Assembly: GCA_002269645.1 (NCBI GenBank)
Contig: NIVC01000647.1
Span: 248,001-312,000, forward strand
Origin: Macrostomum lignano
Lineage: Eukaryota
Direction of reading: 5' to 3'
DNA: 64,000 nt
Part shown: positions 1 to 12,200 of the stretch, one piece after another
Numbering within the stretch: position 1 is the first letter of the stretch
How the letters are laid out: the number at the start of each line of letters is the position of its first letter
Program-made: the position numbers and the translations under genes
The notes under the pieces: model-generated
The model's database searches: none
Told to the model about the DNA's origin: nothing
Seen by the model: only the letters and a program-made list of their open reading frames with translations

Positions 1-3000
1 CGGCTCCCAGCTGGGGAACAGGTGCCGAAATGCAAGCGGCTCGGAGCCGGCGAATACCAACAGCTGACGGTTGGCGGGGATTCCCAGCACTGGGAGAGGA
101 ATTGGGTTTGTGTAGCTATTTTTAGAAACACTGCCAGAGGAGGGATACCCTAATGGGGTTTGTGTAGCTATTTTTAGAAACACTGCCGGAGGAGGGATAC
201 CCTAATGGGGTTATCCTAATGGGGATACCCTAATGGGGTGTAGCTATTTTTAGAAACAATGTCAGAGGAGGGATACCCTAATCAGAGTTTGTGTAGCTAT
301 TTTTAGAAACAATGTCAGAGGAGGGATACCTAATCGGGGTTTGTGTAGCTATTTTTAGAAACAATGTCAGAGGAGGGATACCCTAATCGGGGTTTGTGTA
401 GCTATTTATAGAAACACCGTCGGGGAGGGATACCTTAGTCGGGGTTTCTGTGGCTATTTTTATAAACTTTTTCGAGGAGGGAATCTGGCAAGATATTTTC
501 CAAGTATTTACAGTAACTCGTTTAAACTAGGGATTCCCAGCAACTTTTAGAAAACATGGGACTAACTTTTTCCATAATTAATGGCGGTAAACAGCACTGC
601 GCGCTTTTCTGCTTCGAATCGAGTCAGCGATGAGCCGGCAACCCGGCTGCTGATGGCGGCCGCCGCAGCTTGGGCCTCCGCATCTGCGGCCGAAGTGGCG
701 GCCGATGCTGCAGCAGCTGTCGCGGCCGCCGCCTCGCTGGGATTCCAGCCCTGCCACAGAAACAGCCGGCTGCCTGCGTCGAACAGCACGAAGGCTGAAG
801 GAGGAGCGGAATGTGGGTTTGAATTAATGTACAGTGACTGGGGGGTTGAGCGAGTGTACACTGAGGGGTGGCTGGCACGGGGTTGAGCGAGTGTACACTG
901 ACGGGGCTGGCGGGGGGTTGAGCGAGTGTACACTGAGGGGTGGCTGGCGGGGGTTGAGCGAGTGTACACTGAGGGGTGGCTGGCGGGGGGGTTGAGCAAG
1001 TGTACGCTGAGGGGTGGCTGGCGGGGGTTGAGCGAGTGTACACTGAGGGGTGGCTGGCGGGGGGGTTGAGCGAGTGTACACTGAGGGGTAGCTGGCGGGG
1101 GATTGAGCGAGTGTACACTGAGGGGTGGCTGGCAGGGGTTGAGCGAGTGTACACTGAGGGGTGGCTGGCAGGGGTTGAGCGAGTGTACACTGAGAGGTGG
1201 CTGGCAGGGGGTTGAGCGAGTGTACACTGAGGGGTTGCTGGCGGGTGTTGAGCGAGTGTACACTGAGGGGTGGCTGGCGGGTGTTGAGCGAGTGTACACT
1301 GAGGGGTGGCTGGCGGGTGTTGAGCGAGTGTACACTGAGGGGTGGCTGGCGGGTGTCTGCCTACCATTGGCTGGCTGTGGCAGCGCAAGCAGAGCAGACA
1401 GCTGGCAGGGGAACGGGCTGGGCCTATCGGGCTCGTGCCATGGATCGGACACCAGGCTGAACTGCAACTCCCCGCCGCCGCCGCCACCTCCGCCGCTGCT
1501 TCTAGCCGAGGACGCGAACTTATACACTCGAACAGGCGGCGGGTCATCCTTGTCTTTCACTTCGTCGTCTCCGTCCTGTTGAATGTCCAGCTGGGCGCCA
1601 GGTCTCCCAAGAGCGGCCAGGAACGCCCCGGACTCTCCCCCAGGCCGCTCCGTAGCCCAGCTGTCTGGCGGCACCGGCCGACCCTCGAAGCCCATCTCCA
1701 TTGGGGTGCCGGCCGCGAATTTCTCAGCCCGCTGCCTGGCTAGCTCTCGGTACCAGGAGGCGGTGGCTGAGCCAAGCCACAGGTGACCCCGGCCATCGGG
1801 CAGCAGCAGCAGGTAGCAGCCGCGAGGCCGCAGCGAGTCCGGACTGCGAGGCACCTCAACCAGCAGGCACTCCTCGAGGCGGTGGCCGCGGACTAGGAAT
1901 AGGCGACCGGCCGAGCTGCGGTCGGCGGAGCTGCCTTCAGAGTAGATGATGCAGCTGCCCTGGGTAAGTTGCGAGTACATTGGGGGTAGAGGTTTAGATT
2001 CGGTGTACATTGGGGGTAGGGGTTTAGATTCAGATGTGTACATTGGGGGTAGAGGTTTAGATTCGGTGTACATTGGGGGTAGGGGTTTAGATTCAGATGT
2101 GTACATTGGGGGTAGGGGTTTAGATTCAGATGTGTACATTGGGGGTAGGGGTTTAGATTCAGATGTGTACACTTGGGGGTAGGGGTTTAGATTCAGATGT
2201 GTACATTGGGGGTAGAGGTTTAGATTCGGGTGCGTACATTGAGGGTAGAGGTTTATATTAGGTGTACATTGGGGGTAGAGGTTTAGATTCGGGTGTGTAC
2301 ATTTGGGGTAGTAGTGCAGATTTCGGAGCACACCAGATCAACTACCTGGAAAATCCTAGCAAACGCGGGCGGCTCGCTGCCCTCGGCTACGTGCACCTGG
2401 GGGCAGCGCTCCTCGTCCAGCTGCACCGTGAGCAGTGCCCCGGCGCCTTTCTCTCTCTGGCCGGCGCTGGCGCCCTGCCAGTAGAAATAGGCGCACCGGT
2501 CCCTGCCGGTGTCCCGGCCGCCGGAGCCGCCGCCACCGCCGCCTAACCGGCCAGTCAAGGAGATGAGGCGGTACTGCCATCGTAGCAGGCGGATGCTGCA
2601 GGTGTTCAGCTGCCCAGCTGACTCGGCCGGCAGCTCGCGCCGCTCCAGCTCGGGCGTCACCAGCCAGGCGCGCACGGACAGAGTCTCCAACTGGAAAGAG
2701 CGCTTGAGACCGTCGGTCACCTCCGTCCAGGTGCCGCCGCGGCCCAGCCGGGAGCCTTCGAGTTCCAGGCAGGCAGGCGGTCTGCGCTGCCAAGCTGCCA
2801 GCATGTCGGCGGGCTGGCAGGGGATCAGATCCCAGTCTGGTGGCGCCAGCGACTGGCTCAGTGGCCGGTTCGACGCGTCCAGACGGCCGGGACGCTGGCC
2901 GAGAATGAGGCCGCGTTTGTCTGGCCAGTCAGTGAATTTCTCCCTGAATAGCACGGTCTCGCCGTTCTCGTTCACCTGGGTGGGGGGTGAATAGATAGAT

Positions 3001-3032
3001 AGATAGATAGATAGATGGATAGATAGATAGAC

Positions 3033-3087
<55 letters not shown>

Positions 3088-3123
3088 CAGATAGATAGAT
3101 AGATAGGTAGATAGATGTAGATG

Positions 3124-3219
<96 letters not shown>

Positions 3220-6200
3220 CAGATAGATAGATAGATATAGATACATGTAGATAGACAGGTAGATGTAGATAGATAGATAGATGGATGGATAGATAGGTAG
3301 AGGCCCATATCCCAAAAACTTTTCCCTTAGAATTTTATTCTAACTAATAAGCTGACGAGGCAAATATCTATAGGTTAAAGCTTACTCCCGCCGTTTACCC
3401 GCAGTATTTGCACAGCACATTTCCCCAATGCCTGCCAGACCGACCTTTCCCAGCAGGCACCAGTCGGGCCGCCGCTCGCCTCGCACGGATGCCTCTTCGT
3501 CCCCATCGGTGATCGCCCGCCCAGTCAGGGCCAGCCAGGGCTCCAGCGGCGACACCAGGCAGCTGGAATAATCGTACGGCGAGTTGAACAGCAGCTCGGC
3601 CAGCTTCACGCCCAGGCGGCGGGTGTAGCGATCCGCCCGACGGCTGCACCACAAGTACACCTCGGAGCCGAAGTCGCACACCACTGCGTCCGTGTCTGGC
3701 AACTCGAGCAGTCGGTGAGTGGCTGGCCGGCCCCAGAACTCTTCGATCGGAACCAGGGAGCCTGCAGTTTGGGTCAGAGTGACAATGGGAGCTCTGTTGA
3801 GTGTGACAATGGGAGGTCTGTTGAGTGTGACAATGGGAGCTCTGTTGAGTGTGACAATGGGAGCTCTGTTGAGTGTGACAATGGGAGCTCTGTTGAGTGT
3901 GACAATGGGAGCTCTGTTGAGTGTGACAATGGGAGGTCTGTTGAGTGTGACAAAGGGAGGTCTTCTGAGTGTGACAATGGGAGCTCTATTGAGTGTGACA
4001 ATGGGATCCATATGAGAGGGATGATGTGATCCATACGAGAGTGACAATGTGATCCATACGAGAGTGACAATGTGATCCATACGAGAGTGACAATGTGTCA
4101 TATACGAGAGTGACAATGTGATCCATACGAGAGTGATAATGTGTCATATACGAGAGTGACAATGTGACATATACGAGAGTGACAATGTGACATATAAGAG
4201 AGTGACAATGTGACATATACGAGAGTGATAATGTGACATATACGAGAGTGACAATGTGTCATATACGAGAGTGACAATGTGACAAATACGAGAGTGACAA
4301 TGTGACAAATACGAGAGTGACAATGTGACAAATACGAGAGTGACAATGTGTCATATACGAGAGTGACAATGTGACAAATACGAGAGTGACAATGTGACAT
4401 ATAAGAGAGTGACAATGTGACATATAAGAGAGTAAAAATGTGACAAATACGAGAGTGAAAATGTGACATATACGAGAGTGACAATCGTGGCTCACACGCG
4501 GCAGTGTCCACCCTATAATAAGCGTTGGTGTCGGCCAGCAGCTGCTCATAAACCGAGTCCTCTTCGTCTGCAAGCGGAGGCCGGACCTCCTGCGGCGATT
4601 CGTAGCCCAACAAACGCCAGAACCTGGCCGACTTGGACGAGCTGACATCGGAGCTGGACAGCTGCAACGGCTCGCTAGAGGAACCGGCGTATCCCAGAGC
4701 GCGCTTGGCTGCAACCCATTTGGCCAGCTCAGATGCCTTGCTGGCCTCCAACACGTTGGTGAGCTCGCCCTGCCACAGGTAGACAGCGTCTCGACTAACC
4801 AGCAGGTAGCAGTCGCCGCTGCACAGGGACTGATGGCGCGGCCTGACTAGGCGAGCCTGGGCCTGTCGGCGACCTTTGATCTGTACCAGCATCAGGGACT
4901 TGTGCGCCTGGCTGATAGCGCCGAAGGGTCCCACCGGGGCGGCGGGGTCGGCGCGCTGCAGGCTGACGGCGTCCAGGTCTACCTTGGCCTGCAGGCCCTG
5001 GATGGCCTCCTTGGCTAGGCCTGCGGAGTGGGCGGGGGCTGGGTTTGAGTGGGTAGAATGGAGTAAACAGGAGGGTAGCGAGGTGGATAGGAGGGAAGGT
5101 AGACAGGGGGTAGGTAAGCAGGAAGGCAGGGAGACAGGAGGGTAGGAGACAGGAGGGTAGGAGACAGGAGGGTAGGGGACAGGAGGGTAGGGGACAGGAG
5201 GGTAGGAGACAGGAGGGTAGGAGACAGGAGGGTAGGAGACAGGAGGGTATGGGACAGGAGGGTAGGAGACAGGAGGGTAGGAGACAGGAGGGAGACAGGA
5301 GGGAAGATGGAAATAATAAGCAAATAGGCATATGATAACGTGAGCCGCACACCTTGGTTAACTTTCGACGATGGCCGAGCCTTGTCTTCAGTCTTGGGCG
5401 CCGATGTCGCAGGCGGCGGGGTAGCCGAGGAGTCCCGCTGGGCCACGGAGGAGGCTGGGGAGCCCGATGGAGAAGCGGCCGATTGCTCCAGCTGGGCTCG
5501 GGCCCGCACCGGATTCTTCTGGGCGCGTCGCCGGTTCTGCGGCATCGGTCGGCGACGCAGCTGGACGAGGTCGCTGCTGGGGAGGGTGACGATGATAGTG
5601 ACAATGAGTGGTGACAGTGAGAGTGACAGTGACAGTGACAGTGAAGGTGACAATGAGAGTGACAGTGAGAGTGACAATGAGAGTGGCAGTGAGGGTGACA
5701 ATGAGAGTGACAGTAAGGGTGACAATGAGAGTGACAGTGAGGGTGACAATGAGAGTGAAAGTGAGCGTGAAGATGGTTATGATAATTAGATTGACTCACG
5801 CTATCTCAGCGCCACCTTCGGGGTCAATCTGCGGTGGCTCATCGATTGCAACAGCTGATTGCTGAGTTTTCTCATTCTCGTCCTCGTCCTTTGGCTTAAC
5901 TGCGTCAGCTGGGGTCAGGTCCTCCGGCTCCATGCTGGGAAAAAACTGCTCGGCAGTCTCGCTCATCTGGCGACGGAATAGTTATAGGAATAAATTACCA
6001 GAGATATCAGGTTAGAATTCGCACGTGAAGGCGTATTCAGCATGCCAGTGAAGTATGAGACAGACTAGGCCTACGAGCTAAGGTCTGCGATGCTTCACGC
6101 CTGCCCCTATCTTCAGCAGGTCAAGGCTGGTGGGAGGTCTGCACCCTCTATTTGCCTCTGGCAGCCGCAGACTCCCCCACGCTGTCTCGCAAGTCGACCC

Positions 6201-9200
6201 AGGGTACTCGTCCCCGCGTGTGTTCAAGGCAGACCCTAGGGCTGCTGGACAGACTGGGCTCCGGCGCTGGCGACCCTATCCAGTGGCTTCGGCCGAATTT
6301 GGGTATGCGGGTCTGGCTCGCCAGCCTGCAGGCCGTGGTACTGCTTAACGTACCCTCTAATGCCTAAGGTGTTTGACCGTGCCGATGGGCTGGAAGGCCG
6401 GGGAGTAGTCCGGTCGCTAGCGGTCCTTTTTTCAAACCGGCTGGCTTGAGGTGTCGGCCAGTCGGGTACTCAACTCGCATAACGAGTAGCCCTCCTCCGC
6501 TTTTCAGCTATGGCCACTAACGCCACCATTCCAAAAGAAACTGACCCGGTCGCCTCTGGCCCACCGGGATCAGCCGCTCCGGTAGCTACCACTGGTAGCA
6601 CCAACGCCCAACCTGGTCCAACCGGGCCAGCTGACGCTGCCGCCGAGCACCCTGGCCGCCAGTCTAGCCGACCGCGCATGGCCGAGTCCCGACGGCAGCG
6701 AAATATCCGCCGCAACCGTAAGCGGCAGGAGAAGCGGGCTGCTGCTGCGTCCGCGGAGGACGGGCAAGCCGCGGTGAGGCCTTCGGGAGCCACCGCAGCA
6801 GGGAGGCCCTCTGGGGAGTCCGGTGGCGCGGCTGGGCCGTCAGGAACCGCCGTGTCCTCGGGCTCTCAGGGGGGGGGGCAACCCTGCCGGCCTACCGCCT
6901 TCCAAGGACAAAGCGGCCCCGCTCAAGACCTCCGAGTCCTACGCCTCCAAGGTCAAGCAGCCGCTGCAAACCGCTGTGATGATCCTCGGCGGGGATTTCG
7001 ACCTGACGCCCGAGCAGCTCGACGTCGCGTGGCGTACCATCGACGAGGGCTTGCTCAACCTAATCCTGGAGGGCGTCTTCGTGGACATCGTCAAGTCCAC
7101 CAAGGCGAACGGGTGCATCCTATTGTGGTGCAAATCCGAGGAAAGCACCCAGCTCCTGCGGGATCAGCTACCCAAGTTCGACTGGCACAGCGACCTGGGC
7201 CAGCTGACCTTCGCCTAGGAGAGCGAGCGGCCGAAGACCATCCGCCATCGGATTTGGGTCCCGGCCGACAGTGCGATCAAGTCCGGGGAGCAGCTGCGGC
7301 AGCTCCTGCTCAAGCGACACCCGGATCTCGACGCCAGTGGTCTTGTGTACCACAGCACGGTCCGCAAGGGCACGACCGGGGCCACCGTCATCCTCGGCCT
7401 GATGGAGGGATGGGCCAAGCGGCTACCGCACAGCACAAACCTCCACCTTGGTCTCCATCAACTGACCATCCTCCGCTGTGAGGAGGGCAAGGTGGAGACC
7501 AAGAAAGACGGAAAGCGCGCCGTTCCCGGAGCTGGGGCTCAGGCTCCGCCGGCCAAGCGGCAGCAGCAACCTGATCCCGAGCCTAACAAGGCTATTCGCG
7601 CTGCTGAGTCCGCCTCGCGCGGACGTAGACCCGCCCGCAGTAACCGGCGGTCCGGGCTAATCCAGCGCGCACTTGACGAAGCTCAGTCTCTGAGACTTCA
7701 TCTCGAGCAGACTCGTGCCGCTCGCAAAAACACTGTAAGCCAGCCGAGGGAACTGAACGACGGCGTGGCTCAGCCTTCCAACTGGTGGGATTACCACCAG
7801 GAGGACGCTGCCGGCCGAGCTCAGACTCCCGACGGCGGGGCGCAAGGCGAAGGCAGCAGCCGTACCCCAGTCGCTGGGGAGGAGGGCGGTGTAGCGCGGC
7901 TAGGTGACTCACCTGCCGTGGGCGCCGTGTCCGCCTCCGCGGCGGCTGGGGAGGCGGCTGAGCCTGAGCCAATGGAAATTGGCGACTCAACTCTCACCGA
8001 TGAGGCTGAGAATGAGTTGCTTTTCTCCTCCCCTGGACAGTAGACATGACTGTCTCCCAGGGCATCCACTGCTTGCAGGTCAACCTGCAGCACAGCATTG
8101 CTGCTTCAGTCAACCTCTTGAAGCACACTGACCAATACACGCCAGGGATTATCCTTATCCAGGAACCTTGGACGCTTAGGGGCAGTCCCCAACATGTCCC
8201 CACCGGCTACCAGTGTTTAACCGCTGGCACCCGGGAGGGAAACCTGGCACCAAGATCCTGCATCATGGTGTCCAGTTCTATTAACGCATGGCTCAGATCG
8301 GACCTGTCCACCAGGGACATCTGCGTCATCCAATCTGAAGACATACTCCCTGGGAGGACTACCCTCATCGCCTCGGTGTACCTACCGGGCGACGGCGAGA
8401 TGATCCCAGTAGAGCTTGTCACACTGGTCGAGCTCTGCTCCACCAGAAATTATGAGCTGCTTGTGGCAGGTGACATCAATGCCCACCACACCCACTGGGG
8501 CAGTTCTGATATAAACCAGAGAGGTGAAGACTTCCTGGCTTATATTGCTACTACAACCCTTGAGTTCTGTAACTCGGGTAGTACCCCTACCTTCAATAAC
8601 GGACGCCGATCGGAGGTGCTGGATGCCACCCTCGCCACGCCCAGGCTCTTCCAGAGCACTAGGGAGTGGCGGGTGCTTCCTGAGGCGTCCCTCTCTGATC
8701 ATAAGTTCATCTTTTACGCTGGCCGGCGCCCGAAACGCAGGCCAGCTTTACTGGAAACGGAATGCTAGGAATACCGACTGGACCGCCTTCAGGCTTGCCC
8801 TGGAGGAGACCTATCGTTGCACTAGCACTCCAGTCTCCATCAACACCTGCGAGGAAGCAGATGAATTTGCGGCCGCACTTACGGACTCGCTCACTGCTGC
8901 CTTCGAAGCCTCATGCCCCCTAAAGGCATATAAAGGCAAACAGTCGGCCCCATGGTGGAACCCGCAGCTTGGCGACCTCCGTCGCAGAGCCAAAAGGCTT
9001 CACCGTAGGGCCCAAAAAACTAAAAACCCGGCCGACCAAACCGCCTACCTGAACTCTATCCACGAGTTCAAGAGGCAGGTTAGGAACGCCAAAACCAACA
9101 AGTGGCGCGAATACTGTGAGGAACTTGAGGGCTCCCGCCCCACCTCCAGAATCGTTAAAGCCCTCACCCTGGACAAAATGTCCAAACTCTCCTCAGTCAA

Positions 9201-12200
9201 AAGAGCCGACGGCTCGCTAACTGAGAACCCAGGAGAAACACTGGAAGCGATGCTGACAGCGTTTTTCCCGAACGAGCCAGCCAGGCCCGACCCCCCTGAT
9301 CACTCAGTGGGCGGACACGTACTGGCTGACTCAATCATCACGGAGGACCGCGTTACTAAAGCTGTCTCCTCCTTCAAACCCTTCAAATCCCCAGGACCGG
9401 ACGGCGTTGTGCCAGCCTTCCTGCGGGAGGCGGTGAAATGCACCGGTTTCCTGCGGAACCTTTGCCGGCTTCTGAAAGCTTGCATTGTTCTCGGATTTGT
9501 TCCGAAACCCTGGACCGAGGCCAAGGTGGTCTTTATCCCCAAGCCCGGCCGACCGGACTACCGGTCCATTAAATCCTTCAGACCAATTAGCCTCACCTCC
9601 TCATTGGTGAAGCTATTAGAGAGACTGGTGCTCTGGCGCCTCCTCTCTGTGGAACTGAAGAACAAGCCGCTCAGTGAGAACCAGCACGCCTTTCGGGCAG
9701 GCAGGTCCACGGAGAGCGCGCTTCACGTTTTGGTTGACATGCTGGAGAAAGCCGTTCTTGGTAATGGCTACGCTCTCGCTGTCTTCCTCGACATTGTTGG
9801 AGCCTTTGATAATGTCCTCTTTGAGGCTTTTGACAGAGCTCTACGTGCTAGAGGAACCCACTCGCACCTCACCCGGTGGATCATGTATATGATCAGCCAC
9901 CGTACTGCCACCGCACACCTGTTGGGCCACCATCGGAGGGTAACCGTCTGCAAAGGCAGCCCCCAGGGCGGTGTCCTCTCTCCAGTTCTCTGGAACATGG
10001 TCATTGATGAGCTCCTCCAGGACAGCCATCTTGACCCCATCCTCAAGGTCGGTTACGCCGATGATGTCACAGCCGTGGCATCCGGACCGTCACCTGAAAC
10101 CCTTAGGGATCTTCTGCAAAACTTCATTCGCTCTGCTGAACGTTGGGCGGACAGGTGCGGCCTCAGGCTCTCTAAGACCAAAACTGTCGCGATCATGTTC
10201 ACCAGCAGGGTAAACTGGCGTATTCGCCCACTAAAGCTTTACGGGGTGGAAATTCCATCCTGCAAGCAAACCAAGTGTCTCGGCGTTACGCTGGACCACC
10301 GGCTGAGCTGGTCCACCCATGTTCAGGCCAAAACCAGAAAAGCCCTCGCGATTCTTACGCAGCTGCGCAGAGCCGTCGGCACCACCTGGGGCCTCACCCC
10401 AAAACGGCTCTGGTGGATCTATACCGCAATGGTCCGACCGGCCGTTACTTACGCCGGCCTGGTCTGGACCAGCGCCTTGCAGATTAAAACCTGCCACGAA
10501 GCCCTCAAAAGGGTGCAGGGACGTGCGTGCCGCATGATCCTGAATGCCCCGCTCTCTGCTCCCTTTGACGGCCTCAACGCCTTTCTTTGCCTCCCGCCTC
10601 TGGACATCTTTGTCCATCGCGAGGCTGCTAAAACCACCCGCCGGCTCATCGAGGCTGGCGTTAGCTTCAAGCCTCAAAGAGCGATGGCGAAGCGCAAGCT
10701 TCTGCCGCACTCTGACCTGTGCCTTAAAGTTCTGGAGGAGAGTGGGAGTGCGGCTGTCCTTTCGGACGCTGAGCCGCGCTCCCTCAGTCTCTACCAACGC
10801 TTCAAGGTCACTATCCCCTCCAGGGAGAACGCCAACGACAGCTGGGCCCCTCAGGAGGTTCACTGCTTTACTGACGGATCCTCCAAAGACGGTTTATCCG
10901 GCTTTGGAGTTTGCATCCTTATCAACGGCCGCGTGATTGCTACTCACGCCCAACACACTGGCAGACTCTCCAGCGTCTTCCAGAATGAAGTCCTTGCCAT
11001 CAGCTCCTGTGCAGCTGAGCTCCACTGCAGGGACTTCAAGGACAGAAGAATATTCTTCCACTCTGACAGCCAGGCCGCTTTACAGGCCCTGTGTCACACC
11101 ACTACGAACTCCCGAACAGTCCGCGACTGTATCGGGCAGCTCAACAAGCTGGCTCGGAGGAACACCGTCCGGCTTACGTGGATCCCAGGACACGCCGTCT
11201 TTAAAGGTAACGAGCTCGCCGACTCCCTCGCTAAGGCGGGCTGTTCCGGCTCGCCCCTTGGCCCCGTGCCCCGGGTCGGATCTGGGTCAATGAAAGTCGA
11301 ACGGGTCGAATCTGGTCAGGATAGGGTCAAGAAAGGCCTCTGGGTCGGGCTGGAGTCAATAAAGGTCACAGATAGCTCACATAAATCGAAGCAAAAGCGA
11401 ATCCAGAGCCGGCGGTTTCGTCTGAATCAAAGCTCAGACTGTCCGGCCGGCCGCCGGCCACTCCGTCCGATTCAGCCGCGGCGGCTGCCGCAGCGGCTCC
11501 GGGGGGCGGCGAGCAGGTCAGGGTTCGGCGCTGCAGCTGGCCTCTGGCTGGCGACGACAACAGGCCGCTGAGCCGCTCAGCGGCCTCCGAGTTGGCGAGG
11601 TCGCCCAGCCGGCTGCGGACTGTGAAGCTGCGCGCTTCATCGCTTGAGCTGGCCGGCTGCTTGCTGCGCCAGCCAACGGCCTCCTCGCGAATCAGCTGGC
11701 TCTGCAGGTCGGCGATTTGGCTGCGCGGCCGGTCTGGGGAGGACCTGGCAGGGAGAGGGGGGGGGCGAGGTGCTGGGTAGGGAACATGGTCGCTGCAGTG
11801 TGTCAGTAGATTGACAAATTGTGTCAGATACTTTGTATAAGCCAAGTGTGCCAGACATTCAATAACAGTGCCAGACATTTCTATGAGTCAGACAGTGATG
11901 CACTAATGAGTCAGACAGTGATGCACTAATGAGTCAGGCAGTGATGCACTAATGAGTCAGTCAGTGATAAACTAACGAGTCAGGCAGTGATAAACTAATG
12001 AGTCAGTCAGTGATAAACTAATGAGTCAGACAGTGATGCACTAATGAGTCAGGCAGTGATGCACTAATGAGTCAGGCAGTGATGCACTAATGAGTCAGGC
12101 AGTGATGCACTAATGAGTCAGACAGTGATGCACTAATGAGTCAGGCAGTGATGCACTAATGAGTCAGGCAGTGATGCACTAATGAGTCAGGCAGTGATAA

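Larger units (their letters stand above)
6030..11270 (+). mobile_element. Non-LTR retrotransposon (LOA/R1-like: ORF1 + APE-RT-RNase H), antisense in a supervillin intron, disrupted and 3'-truncated
   Basis: About 0.5 kb leader, ORF1 from 6510 and ORF2 from 8046, immediately after the ORF1 stop (TAG AC ATG). No 3' UTR or poly-A tail visible. The 5' boundary is approximate. Confidence 0.9.

Noticed and set aside
562-5799. Long ORFs (589, 341, 334 aa and others) as stand-alone proteins
   Set aside because: They are supervillin exons fused to stop-poor intronic repeats; GT/AG boundaries give a coherent spliced protein.
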